Made by a program: the position numbers and the translations under genes. The notes under the pieces are model-generated. The model had not been told where the DNA came from. It did no database searches and worked only from the letters and a program-made list of their open reading frames with translations. From positions 5,159-69,158 of the forward strand of contig JADKBO010000004.1 of the NCBI GenBank assembly GCA_016715105.1: DNA of 64,000 nt, written 5' to 3'. Of the stretch, positions 28,986-39,026 are shown in pieces. Source of the DNA: Saprospiraceae bacterium (lineage in GTDB: Bacteria; Bacteroidota; Bacteroidia; Chitinophagales; Saprospiraceae). Each line of letters begins with the position of its first letter. Within the stretch, counting starts at the first letter, position 1.

Positions 28986-29657
28986 CTATTTTGTTTCAGT
29001 CGTGTCACTGATTACTTCTTCCACTATCTCTGCCGACTTACTACCGCCAGCTGCGTGCATTTCATTTAATTCTTTAATGGTTTGGTCAGTAATATCCAAT
29101 GTCTTCTTACCAAAAAGAACTCCTCCACCTGAACCTTTGATGAGGACATAATCGTAACCTCTTTCGGCTGCAATTTTTTCTAGGTGTGCATCAATATTAT
29201 CCTTGAGGTTTTTTTGAAGATCAATCAACTTGCCCTCAAGATCTCTGGCTGCATTGTCCCTTCTTGCGGTCAAGTCAGCTTCCTCTTTGGCTAACTTCTG
29301 TTGCTCTGCTGCAAATTTTTGTTCCAAAGCTTGCAATTGGACTGGAGCCAAGTCTTGCGCTCTTTGTTGTGTTTGATAAACTCTTTGTTGGAAGTCAGCA
29401 GCTCTTTTTTGAAAAGTTTCTACTTTTCCAGCCAAAGCTTGATCAGCTTTACGGGACTCGTCTTCCAACAAAGTTTTGCTTTCTTGGTATAGATCATATT
29501 TTTCCAATAATGTGTCAATGTTGAGATAAACAACGATTCCAGAAGTGGCAGTACCAGTGCCAGCAGTTGAAACACCAGCCTTATCTTTGCAAGCCGTGAA
29601 ACCCAATGCTAAGAATGCAATAATCAAAAACGTATATTTTTTAAAATTTATCATCAC
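28986..29657 (-). CDS. OmpH/Skp-family periplasmic chaperone (lipoprotein form)
   Basis: 223 aa with signal peptide plus lipobox (LALGFTAC) and a long coiled-coil (FQKRAADFQQRVYQTQQRAQDL...LEQKFAAEQQKLAKEE). Confidence 0.9.
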   Translation of the reverse strand: MMINFKKYTFLIIAFLALGFTACKDKAGVSTAGTGTATSGIVVYLNIDTLLEKYDLYQESKTLLEDESRKADQALAGKVETFQKRAADFQQRVYQTQQRAQDLAPVQLQALEQKFAAEQQKLAKEEADLTARRDNAARDLEGKLIDLQKNLKDNIDAHLEKIAAERGYDYVLIKGSGGGVLFGKKTLDITDQTIKELNEMHAAGGSKSAEIVEEVISDTTETK

Positions 29658-30112
29658 TTTACTTTTGTTTGATTTATGTTCTGTAATAAAACGCGCAAAT
29701 GTAAGATTTCATCAGATTATTAATATATAAAACATGGCTTTTATGCCAATAATTATTGCAAATTCAGTGAATTTTACAAAATGATGGTTCCAAACTGTTC
29801 AGAAAAGGGTCTGACCATTTGCATTGTGATGACATAAGTATATTGGTTGAGGTTCACAATTCAGATAGAAGATGTGGTTTTTGCAATTTTTCCCAATAAA
29901 GTATTTAGAATTTTTAGCACCAAAAATAGCCAGCTGAATCGCCTAAATTACCCATTTTTTAAATATGCGTTTGTTTTCTAAAAACAACAGCTCTAAATAT
30001 GAACCTATCTAAAGAATTATAGATTAGTATTATATGACCTAATTTATAAAGGAAATAAAACCATTTCGAACATGAAATCAATATATGTGTTGATAATAGA
30101 TAAAAGTGAAAT

Positions 30113-30880
30113 ATGACAACCAGCGAAAACAATAAATTAAACACTTTAAATATTTTAGTATTAGTTGCATTTATTGGCAAAATCACCGTCAATTATCTTT
30201 CAAATGCGCTGCCTATCAACGGCTTTACACCAGGACAATTGTCCGACTTGTATCCCAATGAATTTGTACCTGCCGGATTTACATTTTCTATTTGGGGAGT
30301 GATTTATTTGGCTTGCGTTGCTTTTGTGGTTCAGGTATTTCGCAAAGACATAAGTCCAAAAATCAAATATTTGTTTTTGGCAGTCTGTGTACTCAATGTC
30401 TCTTGGTTATTTGCCTGGCATTATCAAATCATTGCGCTGAGCCTCATCATTATGTTGGCATTTTTAAGTGTGTTGATTTATTGGTACTTGACCATACGAA
30501 ATGATAACACAACCCAAAACGATGTCATCGTCAAAGTAACATCATCCCTTTATCTAGGCTGGATATCGGTAGCCACAGCGGCAAATATTACCACTTCCAT
30601 GGTGCACAATAATTTGTTGATCGGATCACAAGAAACTGAAAGTGTCATAACCCTGATTTTGTGTTTGGTGATACTTGGTATTACATCATTGATGGTATTG
30701 AAAAAGAGTGATTTCGTTTATGCTTTGGTCATAACTTGGGCAGCATTTGGCATTTACTCCAAAAGGGTTGCTGATCTTTTAATGGACGATGCATTGGCAA
30801 CCTATGGAGCTTTTATTTTAGGAAGTGGTGCGGCCATTTTAGCAACTTTCGCCATCTTGAAAAAACGAAAATCGTATTAA
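30113..30880 (+). CDS. Polytopic membrane protein, tentatively TspO/MBR-related
   Basis: 255 aa and about 7 TM helices, Trp-rich (FSIWGVIYL, NVSWLFAWHY, LYLGWISVATAAN). The family assignment is from memory of similar long TspO-like proteins and is uncertain. Confidence 0.55.
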   Translation: MTTSENNKLNTLNILVLVAFIGKITVNYLSNALPINGFTPGQLSDLYPNEFVPAGFTFSIWGVIYLACVAFVVQVFRKDISPKIKYLFLAVCVLNVSWLFAWHYQIIALSLIIMLAFLSVLIYWYLTIRNDNTTQNDVIVKVTSSLYLGWISVATAANITTSMVHNNLLIGSQETESVITLILCLVILGITSLMVLKKSDFVYALVITWAAFGIYSKRVADLLMDDALATYGAFILGSGAAILATFAILKKRKSY

Positions 30881-30952
30881 ATAAAGATTCAGAGATGAAT
30901 TAAAATCGAGACGAGGACGAAAGTCAAAGGTTTACAAACTATAATTATACTT

Positions 30953-31630
30953 TCATTTGTCTAATAAATCTGGCCTCCTTTCTTGCGTTCTTTTTATGGA
31001 CATTTCATAGCGCCAATCATCTATTTTTGCTTCATGTCCGCTCAATAAAACATCTGGTACTAACATACCTTTGTAATCAGCTGGCCGAGTATACACTGGA
31101 GGTGCTAAGAGATTATCTTGGAAAGAATCAAGCAAGGCAGATGATTCGTTATTGAGCACACCTGGAATAATTCTAGAAATTGCGTCGACTACCAGAGCAG
31201 CAGCCAATTCACCACCGCTCAACACAAAATCCCCAATGGAAATTTCTAAAGTAACGTGTTCCAAGCGAATCCTTTCATCGATGCCTTTGTAATGACCGCA
31301 TATGATCATGATATTTCCCTTCAGAGAAAGTCTATTGGCCATGGCTTGGTCAAAAGTTAAACCATCGGGCGTCATGTAAATAACCTCATCGTAAGCCCGC
31401 TGATTTTTCAAAAATGAAATGGCGTTGTCCAGAGGTTCGGGCATCATGACCATACCAGCGCCGCCACCAAATTGATAATCATCGATTTGTTTGTGTTTTC
31501 CAATGCCAAATTCACGAAGATCAATAATTTGAATCTCAATCAGTTCACGTTCTTGAGCCCTCTTGATAATGGAATGTTCAAAAGGACTATGTAATAAATT
31601 GGGAACAGCACTGATGATGTCAAATCTCAT
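30953..31630 (-). CDS. trmD: tRNA (guanine37-N1)-methyltransferase
   Basis: 225 aa with TrmD trefoil-knot motifs ([36 protein letters not shown]). Confidence 0.95.
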   Translation of the reverse strand: MRFDIISAVPNLLHSPFEHSIIKRAQERELIEIQIIDLREFGIGKHKQIDDYQFGGGAGMVMMPEPLDNAISFLKNQRAYDEVIYMTPDGLTFDQAMANRLSLKGNIMIICGHYKGIDERIRLEHVTLEISIGDFVLSGGELAAALVVDAISRIIPGVLNNESSALLDSFQDNLLAPPVYTRPADYKGMLVPDVLLSGHEAKIDDWRYEMSIKRTQERRPDLLDK

Positions 31631-31636
31631 GGATAT

Positions 31637-32278
31637 TTATTTGAAATCCAATAGCTCTACTTCAAAAACAAGCGCTGCATATGGAGGTATTTTTCCACCA
31701 GCTCCTCGATCACCATAAGCAAGATCATAAGGTATGAATAACTTCCATTTGCTACCTTTTTGCATCAATTGCATAGCCTCTTGCCATCCTTTGATGACTC
31801 CATTTACAGAAAAAGATATAGGCTCTCCTCGTTGCACTGAACTGTCAAAGATTGTTCCGTCTATCAATGATCCTTCATAATGAACGGTTACGGTGCTAGT
31901 AGCACTTGGTTTTTCTCCGCTGCCTTTTTTTATGACTAGGTATTGTAAGCCACTCGGTAAGATCACAACTCCTGGTTTTTTAGCATTTTCTTCCAAGAAA
32001 GCAACACCATTACTTTTCAAACCTTCAACCCTGAATTGAGAAAAGATGTTACTCGCTTCTTCCAAAGTGAATACTGGATTTCCAGTAACGTATACATCGT
32101 CAAAAGCATGAATCAAAACTTCTTTGTTATAAGTTTTTACACCAGATGATTTCAATTCGTTGGCCATCATCAATGCCAGACTATATAATACAGAGTCTTG
32201 TTGTGTCATAGTTTGTTGTGTAAATGATTTTGAAATAGAAAAGAAGGTTAGCAGGAGGAATAAGATTGTTTGTTTCAT
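31637..32278 (-). CDS. FKBP-type peptidyl-prolyl cis-trans isomerase (FkpA-like, secreted)
   Basis: 213 aa with a signal peptide, an N-terminal dimerisation-like domain and a C-terminal FKBP domain (VHYEGSLIDGTIFDSS...IPPYAALVFEVELLDF). Confidence 0.9.
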   Translation of the reverse strand: MKQTILFLLLTFFSISKSFTQQTMTQQDSVLYSLALMMANELKSSGVKTYNKEVLIHAFDDVYVTGNPVFTLEEASNIFSQFRVEGLKSNGVAFLEENAKKPGVVILPSGLQYLVIKKGSGEKPSATSTVTVHYEGSLIDGTIFDSSVQRGEPISFSVNGVIKGWQEAMQLMQKGSKWKLFIPYDLAYGDRGAGGKIPPYAALVFEVELLDFK

Positions 32279-32609
32279 ATACTTAATTGCTAAAAGTTCG
32301 CTTAAAAAACGACAAAGATAATTTTAATGCCAATTCAACGCATTTTTTCTGACTTGGTTTAATATTTTTCCAGTTGGAGATCGAACAGAATTTTTAAAGT
32401 TATTTTGAGTTCCGCCTAAGTTTACAATTCACTTTGAAATAGATTCAAATCACATGATTGGTAAAATTTACGAGTAGGGATTCTTTTTTTATTTATACGA
32501 AAATGTTAAAAATGATGATTTTATGGCACCAACTTTAAGTTCTTGGAGGATAATCTCTTGCGGTATAGACCTAAGACCTATCTTCGCCAAAATTTTCTAA
32601 TACAAAAGG

Positions 32610-34478
32610 ATGAAGAAATACAGCTTAGTATTTATAATATTTTGTCAGATAGTCATTTTACAAGCACAAGTTGACACCAGCTTGATGATAGATGCGGTAG
32701 AAATCACCAATAACAGAATAGGTTTCAATCAACGGGAGTTGGGCAGATCAGTTAAAATTATTTCTAAACAAGAAATAGCCAGCTTGCCAGTGCAAAGTGT
32801 AGCTGAAGCCTTACAAATGGTTGCTGGATTTGACGTGAGGAGGAGAGGTCCCAACAATGTACAATCAGATATCAGTGTGAGAGGAGGCAGTTTTGATCAA
32901 GTACTCATTCTCATCAACGGGGTACGTATGAATGATGCTCAAACTGGACATCACACACTTTATATTCCTGTAGACTTGTTGGATATAGAAAGGATAGAAA
33001 TTGTAAAAGGCCCTGCTGCTAAATTGTACGGACAAAATGCATTCTCAGGAGCGGTTAACATAGTCACCAAAGTTGGGGATAAAGATGGCTTAAATGTGGG
33101 TATTTCGCAAGGCAGCTTTAACACCACTTCATTGAGAGCTGGAGTAACCAAAGTGCTCAATGAAGGCAATTGGAAACAAAACTTACAATTCTTTAGGGAA
33201 AGCAGTGACGGTTATGACTACAATAGAGATTACAAAGTATTCAATTTGTATTATGATAGCAACCTCAAAGTTGGTAGTAATGGAGAATTGAAAATATTTG
33301 GTGGATATACTGATAGAAAATTTGGAGCCAATGGATTTTATGCCTTACCGACTTTCAAAGACCAATATGAAGAAGTGGAGACAAGTATTGCGTCTATTAA
33401 ATATACCAATATCAGTGGGAACTGGAGGGTCACACCCGGTTTTTCATGGAGAAGAAATTATGACAATTACCTTTTTGTAAGAAATAATCCCCCAGTATTT
33501 CGCAACCGCACATTGGGAAATAGATTGACAGCAGATGTCAATGTTTCAAATTATAATGCATTGGGAGTCTTAGGGATAGGTTTAGAGTATTCAAGGGAGT
33601 CTTTAAGGAGCATAAGGCTTGGAGAGGATGATAGAAACCTGTTTGGATTCTTTATCGAACAAAAAATCTCATTGTTGAATGATCAATTGACGATTGTTCC
33701 AGGTTTTTACATCAATAAGTTCTCAGCTAGAAAAGCTACTTTTTTACCGGGCTTGGATGTAGCTTATTTCCCAGTCAAAAACTTGAAAATATTTGCAAGC
33801 GCCAACTATGCGAGTAGAATACCAACTTACACAGATTTGTTTTATGTAAGTGCTGCAGAAATTGGCAATCCCAATCTTGAGAGTGAATCAGTAAAAGGCT
33901 ATGAAGTCGGTACTCAATATGCACGTAAGGGATTTTCTGCTGGAGTGACTGCTTATATGAATTTTACCAATGGACTCATTGATTGGACAAAGGTAAATGC
34001 TTCAGATGCGCAATGGGTAGCAAACAATTATGCTGCTACCAAAATATCTGGTTTAGAAGTAAATAGTGCACTAGACTTTAAGCAATTATTAAATCTCAAA
34101 CAAACCTTGCTGTTGGACTTATCGGCCTCTTTTATCGATGCTAAATCCAACGAAAAGGAACAAACTTATGTCACAAGGTATCAATTCAATCACTTAGGTA
34201 CCCAGTTGATCAGCAATTTGAGGATCGCATTTTTTGAAGATAAATTATTGGCAAGTATTGCCTATAGAAATATAGACAGGGTAAGTTCTGATGTGGATCC
34301 TGTGACCAAAAAGGAACTATTGGATGCACAATTATTGGATGCTTCATTGGGATTTAGTTATAAAGGATGGGGAGCGAAATTGATGGCCAATAATCTTACG
34401 AACGCCCAATATAAAGAAATCACAAATGTGGTAATGCCTGGCAGATGGTATCAGTTTTCAGTCAGTAAAAGGTTGTAG
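32610..34478 (+). CDS. TonB-dependent outer-membrane receptor (small, BtuB/CirA-size)
   Basis: 622 aa with a signal peptide, a plug domain (SVRGGSFDQVLILINGVRMND, IERIEIVKGPAAKLYGQNAFSGAVNIV) and a beta-barrel ending in an aromatic residue region. Confidence 0.9.
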   Translation: MKKYSLVFIIFCQIVILQAQVDTSLMIDAVEITNNRIGFNQRELGRSVKIISKQEIASLPVQSVAEALQMVAGFDVRRRGPNNVQSDISVRGGSFDQVLILINGVRMNDAQTGHHTLYIPVDLLDIERIEIVKGPAAKLYGQNAFSGAVNIVTKVGDKDGLNVGISQGSFNTTSLRAGVTKVLNEGNWKQNLQFFRESSDGYDYNRDYKVFNLYYDSNLKVGSNGELKIFGGYTDRKFGANGFYALPTFKDQYEEVETSIASIKYTNISGNWRVTPGFSWRRNYDNYLFVRNNPPVFRNRTLGNRLTADVNVSNYNALGVLGIGLEYSRESLRSIRLGEDDRNLFGFFIEQKISLLNDQLTIVPGFYINKFSARKATFLPGLDVAYFPVKNLKIFASANYASRIPTYTDLFYVSAAEIGNPNLESESVKGYEVGTQYARKGFSAGVTAYMNFTNGLIDWTKVNASDAQWVANNYAATKISGLEVNSALDFKQLLNLKQTLLLDLSASFIDAKSNEKEQTYVTRYQFNHLGTQLISNLRIAFFEDKLLASIAYRNIDRVSSDVDPVTKKELLDAQLLDASLGFSYKGWGAKLMANNLTNAQYKEITNVVMPGRWYQFSVSKRL

Positions 34479-34566
34479 GTTGGGCATAGGTTTTAGTATG
34501 TTTGGAGCCCTTGATCAAAAAACCAGTAAAAAAGTTTTGCCAAAGATGATTTTAAAATAAAACGAG

Positions 34567-35610
34567 ATGAAATTCAGAAAATTAGGAAATACCGGCATTG
34601 ATGTGAGTCTGATTTGTTTAGGGACCATGACGTGGGGTGAGCAAAATACAGAAGCAGAAGCACACGAGCAATTGGACTTCGCTTTGGATAAAGGTATAAA
34701 CTTCATAGACACTGCAGAAATGTATCCTGTACCAGGAAGAGCGGCCACTCAAGGATTGACAGAAACGTATATAGGCACTTGGCTAGCGAAAAATCCAAAC
34801 ATCAGGAAAGATTTAATCATAGCTTCAAAGGTGACGGGTAAAATACCTTATTTTCAATACATTCACAAAGGTGAAGCTTTGACCAGAAATCGCATCAATA
34901 CGGCCATCGAAGGAAATTTAAAGCGATTACAAACCGATTATATTGATGTGTATCAACTACATTTTCCCGACCGACAAACCAATTTTTTTGGAAGAAGAGG
35001 ATACGATACGCACGACGCAGCTTGGGAAGACAATTTCCTTGGAACGGTTGAGGGTTTAGATGATTTGGTGAAAGCTGGGAAAATCAGATATTGGGGTTTA
35101 TCTAATGAAACACCCTGGGGTTTGCTACATTATAGAGATATTGTCAAAGAAACAGGTTTGGCAGGTATGCCAGTAGTAGTGCAAAATCCGTATAATTTGA
35201 TCAATAGATCCTATGAAACCGGGCTTGCAGAAATTTCTTGCAGAGAAAATATTGGATTATTGGCTTATTCACCCCTCGGTTTTGGAAGGTTGACGGCCAA
35301 ATATATCGAAGGAAGCGCTAAACCGCAGGATAGAATCAATCAATTTGCTCAAATGGCCAGGTACAATGGTGCAAATGCTTTACTTGCTACACAAAAATAT
35401 TATGATATTGCCATGGCTCATGGATTATCATTTTCTCAAATGTGCCTTGCATTTATCAACTCAAGAGATTTTTTGACAGCAAATATCATTGGAGCTACGA
35501 CGATTGAACAATTGGCAGAAAATATTGAAAGTGTTGATTTGGAATTAAGTGTTGAGGTTATTAAGGCCATCAATGAAGTGCACAACCAAATTCCTGATCC
35601 AGCAGTTTAA
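34567..35610 (+). CDS. NADP(H)-dependent aldo/keto reductase (Tas-like)
   Basis: 347 aa with AKR motifs (GTMTWGEQ, INFIDTAEMY, IDVYQLHFPD, YWGLSNE). Confidence 0.9.
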   Translation: MKFRKLGNTGIDVSLICLGTMTWGEQNTEAEAHEQLDFALDKGINFIDTAEMYPVPGRAATQGLTETYIGTWLAKNPNIRKDLIIASKVTGKIPYFQYIHKGEALTRNRINTAIEGNLKRLQTDYIDVYQLHFPDRQTNFFGRRGYDTHDAAWEDNFLGTVEGLDDLVKAGKIRYWGLSNETPWGLLHYRDIVKETGLAGMPVVVQNPYNLINRSYETGLAEISCRENIGLLAYSPLGFGRLTAKYIEGSAKPQDRINQFAQMARYNGANALLATQKYYDIAMAHGLSFSQMCLAFINSRDFLTANIIGATTIEQLAENIESVDLELSVEVIKAINEVHNQIPDPAV

Positions 35611-35689
35611 ATCAATTGTTTATGCTGCTTTCATAAGGTGTTCATAAAGAATTATTTATGGAGCATTACTTGTAATGAAAAATGTTTAA

Positions 35690-36241
35690 ATGACTGAAGT
35701 TTATCTTAAAAATATGGTTTGCCCCAGATGTATAATGGCGGTCGAAAGGTTATTGCAGGACGAACATATCACCTATAAAAATGTGAAACTTGGGTCAATT
35801 TTATGGGACGAATTGCCTTCCAGTACGCAAATGGAAAAATTGATTGTAGGGCTGCAGCAGTTGGGTTTTGAATTTTTGGAGGATAAAAACAGTCAAATCA
35901 TTGAAAAAGTAAAGGTCTTATTGATAAACTTGATACAAAATAAAAGCCTATCAGAAAGTTTTGTGTTGAGTGACGAAGTTTCAAAACATCTCAATAAAGA
36001 GTACTCCACAATTTCCAAGTTGTTCTCACAAGTAGAAAGTATCACACTAGAACATTACTTTATAAACCTGAAAATCTCAAAAGCTAAAGAATTACTGAAA
36101 TACGATGAAATGTCTGTTTCAGAAATTGCTTTTGAATTGGGTTATAAAAATGTCTCACACCTGAGCAGTCAATTTAAAAAAGAAGTTGGCCTTAGCCCGG
36201 TTGCTTTTAGGTTGAATTATCAAAGGACGAAAGAAAGGTGA
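35690..36241 (+). CDS. AraC-family transcriptional regulator with an N-terminal HMA-like (CxxC) metal-binding domain
   Basis: 183 aa. The N-terminus LKNMVCPRCIMAVERLL resembles an MxCxxC heavy-metal-associated fold. The C-terminus has an AraC HTH (SVSEIAFELGYKNVSHLSSQFKKEVGLSP). It lies directly upstream of copA. Confidence 0.85.
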   Translation: MTEVYLKNMVCPRCIMAVERLLQDEHITYKNVKLGSILWDELPSSTQMEKLIVGLQQLGFEFLEDKNSQIIEKVKVLLINLIQNKSLSESFVLSDEVSKHLNKEYSTISKLFSQVESITLEHYFINLKISKAKELLKYDEMSVSEIAFELGYKNVSHLSSQFKKEVGLSPVAFRLNYQRTKER

Positions 36242-36324
36242 GCAAACATTTTTCGGTTATCAGAAAAATGGAAAACGGAAATCGTGATTAGCTGATTCCA
36301 TTTGATTTATAAATATTTATGAAG

Positions 36325-36409
36325 TTGAAATTCCACTTGCCCCTGCTGCTTGTGCAAGGGATTGAACTCAAATTGAAATCCTACGTGTCCCTGCTTCTGC
36401 AAGGGATTG
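36325..36409. repeat. Direct tandem repeat (2 copies, ~48-bp period) between the AraC regulator gene and copA
   Basis: ttgaaattccacttgcccctgctgcttgtgcaagggattg (36325-36364) repeats as ttgaaatcctacgtgtccctgcttctgcaagggattg (36373-36409). Each copy holds an imperfect CCCTGC...GCAAGGG inverted repeat. Confidence 0.65.
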
Positions 36410-36502
36410 GCCTCCAATTGTTCTCCTTGCGGTAATTATAGAACACTATTCCAGAATTCTATAACTCAAATAATTCCATTAGTTGCACCTTTGCATTTAA
36501 AA

Positions 36503-38716
36503 ATGGAAGTTATGCATTCAAAAACAAACACCAGAAGGCAATTTCCCGTTGGTGGCATGTCATGTGCATCATGTGCCTTGTCTGTAGAAAAGATCTTAAA
36601 AGCACAAAGTGGGGTAGTTGATGCCTCAGTGAGTTATGCAGGCAAACAAGCTAAAATTGAGTTTGACCCAGCAGCAACAAATCCTCAAAAATTAAAAACT
36701 GCGGTTGACCAAATAGGGTATGAATTAATCACCATGGAAGGAGCAGAAGCTACTGCTGATTTTGAAAAAAAGCAAGAGGACAGTTATTTGAAATTGAAAA
36801 AACAATCCATTTGGGCTTTGGTTTTCGCCATTCCTGTGATGTTTATTTCAATGTTCTTTATGGGGGAAGGCTGGGCTAATCCTGTCATGTTTATACTCAC
36901 ATCGGTTGTGCTCTTGGTATTTGGTAACCATTTTTATATAAATGCATGGAAACAGGCCAGACATCGTCAACTTACAATGGATACATTAGTTGCGTTGAGT
37001 AGCGGAGTTGCTTATTTATTCAGTTTGTTCGCCATGATTTTCCCAAATTTACTTACAAAATACGGCATTGATGCTCACGTATATTTTGAAGCAGCGGCAG
37101 TGGTAGTGGCTTTTGTGATGTTTGGAAAATTATTGGAAGAGAAAGCCAAGGTTGGGACAGGCGATGCAGTTAAAAAATTAATGGGTTTACAAGCCAAAAC
37201 TGTACAACTCAAAGAGGGTGATGCCTTTCGGGAGATTAAGATAGAAGACGTTTTGGAGGGTGATTTAATTTATGTAAGGAAAGGTGAGAAAATCCCAGTT
37301 GACGGAAAAACAATGGGATCAATGTATGTAGATGAGCAAATGATCACTGGTGAATCTGGTATTTCTTCAAAAGCAAAAGGAGATGTGGTCTATTCGGGGA
37401 CCATCAATGTAGGTGAAGCATTTGTGCTCGAGGCTACAAAGGTTGGTGAACATACGCTGCTAGCCGGTATCATCAAAATGGTGAAAGAAGCGCAAAATAG
37501 TAAGCCGAAAATACAGAAGAAAGTGGATAGGATTGCCGCGGTATTTGTGCCAGTAGTGATGACAATCGCCATTATTGCCTTAGTGGTTTGGTGGATTTTT
37601 GGCGGAAGTAATGGGTTTGCCCAAGGCTTGCATGCATTCGTTACTGTTTTGGTCATAGCTTGTCCTTGTGCACTGGGATTGGCTACTCCAACTGCAATCA
37701 TGGTGGGAATTGGTCGGGGAGCGCAAAATGGCATTCTGGTCAAAAGTGCGGACAGCTTAGAAATACTTCAAAAGCTTGATACCATCATTTTGGATAAAAC
37801 AGGAACCATTACAGAAGGCAAACCAACCGTATCTAACATTATTTGGGATGAAGGCGCCAGTTCCACAAGTGCAGAATTGGAGGTAGTTTTAAAATCATTG
37901 GAACAAGCTAGTAGTCATCCACTTGCGTCTGCAATCCTAAGTCATTTAAAACACGTAAACAAAAACATCATTTTCAATGAAGTAACTGAGGAGCCAGGCA
38001 TTGGTGTTGTTGGTAAATATTTCAAAAAGACTTATTGGGTCGGCAGTCAAAAAATGGCTGATAAAATGGGTGCTGTACACTTAGGAAATAAGCAAACATT
38101 AAATGGGGCAAGTTTTATAATTTTCGGAGAAGGAAACCATGTCCTTTCAACGATCATCATTGAAGATCAAATCAAGCCTGGGGTAGCAGAAGCCGTTGCA
38201 AACCTGAAGGGCAAAAACATCCACGTCATCATGGCAACAGGTGATACTCAATCATCTGCCGAGCGGGTTGCCACTCAAATTGGTATTAAAGAATTTCATG
38301 GTGCAATGTTACCATCTCAAAAATATGACTTAGTTGTTTCAGAAAAATCCAAGGGCAAAATTGTGGCTATGGTAGGAGATGGCATCAATGACAGTCAAGC
38401 CCTAGCAAAAGCTGATATCAGCATTGCCATGGGGCATGGAAGTGATATTGCGCTTGATGTAGCTCAGATGGCTTTGGTAAAAGGAGATTTAAGGAAAATT
38501 GTGGATGCCATCGATTTAGGCACAGCAACCAATAAAATCATCAAACAAAATTTGTTTTGGGCTTTTATTTATAATGTCATTGGTATTCCCTTGGCTGCTG
38601 GTGTGCTGATACCGTCATATGGTATTTCCATTAGTCCAATGTTTGCTGGGGCAGCCATGGCCCTCAGCAGCGTGAGTGTCGTACTCAATAGTTTGAGATT
38701 GAAGGTAGCTAAGTAG
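36503..38716 (+). CDS. copA: Copper-translocating P1B-type ATPase
   Basis: It has an N-terminal HMA domain (GMSCASCALSVE), the CPC transport motif (ACPCALGLATP), the DKTGT phosphorylation site and the GDGINDSQAL hinge. ATG at 36503 (MEVMHSK) is preferred over the upstream non-ATG ORF start at 36407, which would read through the tandem repeats. Confidence 0.93.
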   Translation: MEVMHSKTNTRRQFPVGGMSCASCALSVEKILKAQSGVVDASVSYAGKQAKIEFDPAATNPQKLKTAVDQIGYELITMEGAEATADFEKKQEDSYLKLKKQSIWALVFAIPVMFISMFFMGEGWANPVMFILTSVVLLVFGNHFYINAWKQARHRQLTMDTLVALSSGVAYLFSLFAMIFPNLLTKYGIDAHVYFEAAAVVVAFVMFGKLLEEKAKVGTGDAVKKLMGLQAKTVQLKEGDAFREIKIEDVLEGDLIYVRKGEKIPVDGKTMGSMYVDEQMITGESGISSKAKGDVVYSGTINVGEAFVLEATKVGEHTLLAGIIKMVKEAQNSKPKIQKKVDRIAAVFVPVVMTIAIIALVVWWIFGGSNGFAQGLHAFVTVLVIACPCALGLATPTAIMVGIGRGAQNGILVKSADSLEILQKLDTIILDKTGTITEGKPTVSNIIWDEGASSTSAELEVVLKSLEQASSHPLASAILSHLKHVNKNIIFNEVTEEPGIGVVGKYFKKTYWVGSQKMADKMGAVHLGNKQTLNGASFIIFGEGNHVLSTIIIEDQIKPGVAEAVANLKGKNIHVIMATGDTQSSAERVATQIGIKEFHGAMLPSQKYDLVVSEKSKGKIVAMVGDGINDSQALAKADISIAMGHGSDIALDVAQMALVKGDLRKIVDAIDLGTATNKIIKQNLFWAFIYNVIGIPLAAGVLIPSYGISISPMFAGAAMALSSVSVVLNSLRLKVAK

Positions 38717-38721
38717 CAAAC

Positions 38722-38907
38722 GGGTGCGTTTCATCACTTCTTAAATTCGTAGTTGGGATTTTGTCATGATTTTTGGAAGCTTCGCCAAAAATCCCGCCAA
38801 AATCATATTCACTTTTAATTTTTCTCCATGGACTTCATCCATGGTTATTAATATTTAACCCCTCTGGGCCCTCTGGGGTATTTAAAACGAAGTGATGAAA
38901 TACACCC
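38722..38907. mobile_element. MITE-like non-autonomous element (186 bp) with terminal inverted repeats and an 8-bp target-site duplication
   Basis: The left end gggtgcgtttcatcacttc (38722-38740) matches the reverse complement of the right end gaagtgatgaaatacaccc (38889-38907) at 17/19 positions. The element is flanked by the perfect direct repeat tagcaaac (38714-38721 and 38908-38915). It has internal palindromes and no ORF. Confidence 0.6.
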
Positions 38908-39026
38908 TAGCAAACAGCCTTTATTTCAAAAAAAAATTCATAGACACAAAAGAAGTTTTGATTTTTTTAGGGTCGCATACGCCAAAATTACGATATTTAT
39001 AATCTATACATTCAAAGAGCTGATAT

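Noticed and set aside
29959-30192. 77-aa minus-strand ORF upstream of and overlapping the TspO-like gene start
   Set aside because: It is a low-complexity Ile/Phe/Leu-rich translation of AT-rich promoter DNA that overlaps the start of a better-supported gene. There is no supporting signal.
32279-32609. Cobalamin (or other) riboswitch upstream of the BtuB-sized TonB-dependent receptor
   Set aside because: I could find no B12-box-like core (GCCACTG-type) or other conserved riboswitch signature by eye in the 330-bp leader. A covariance-model scan would be needed to exclude it formally.
36407-36502. N-terminal extension of copA (ORF track start at 36407)
   Set aside because: The extension starts at a non-ATG codon and reads through the tandem repeat. 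The conserved HMA domain begins shortly after the ATG at 36503, which is the more plausible start.
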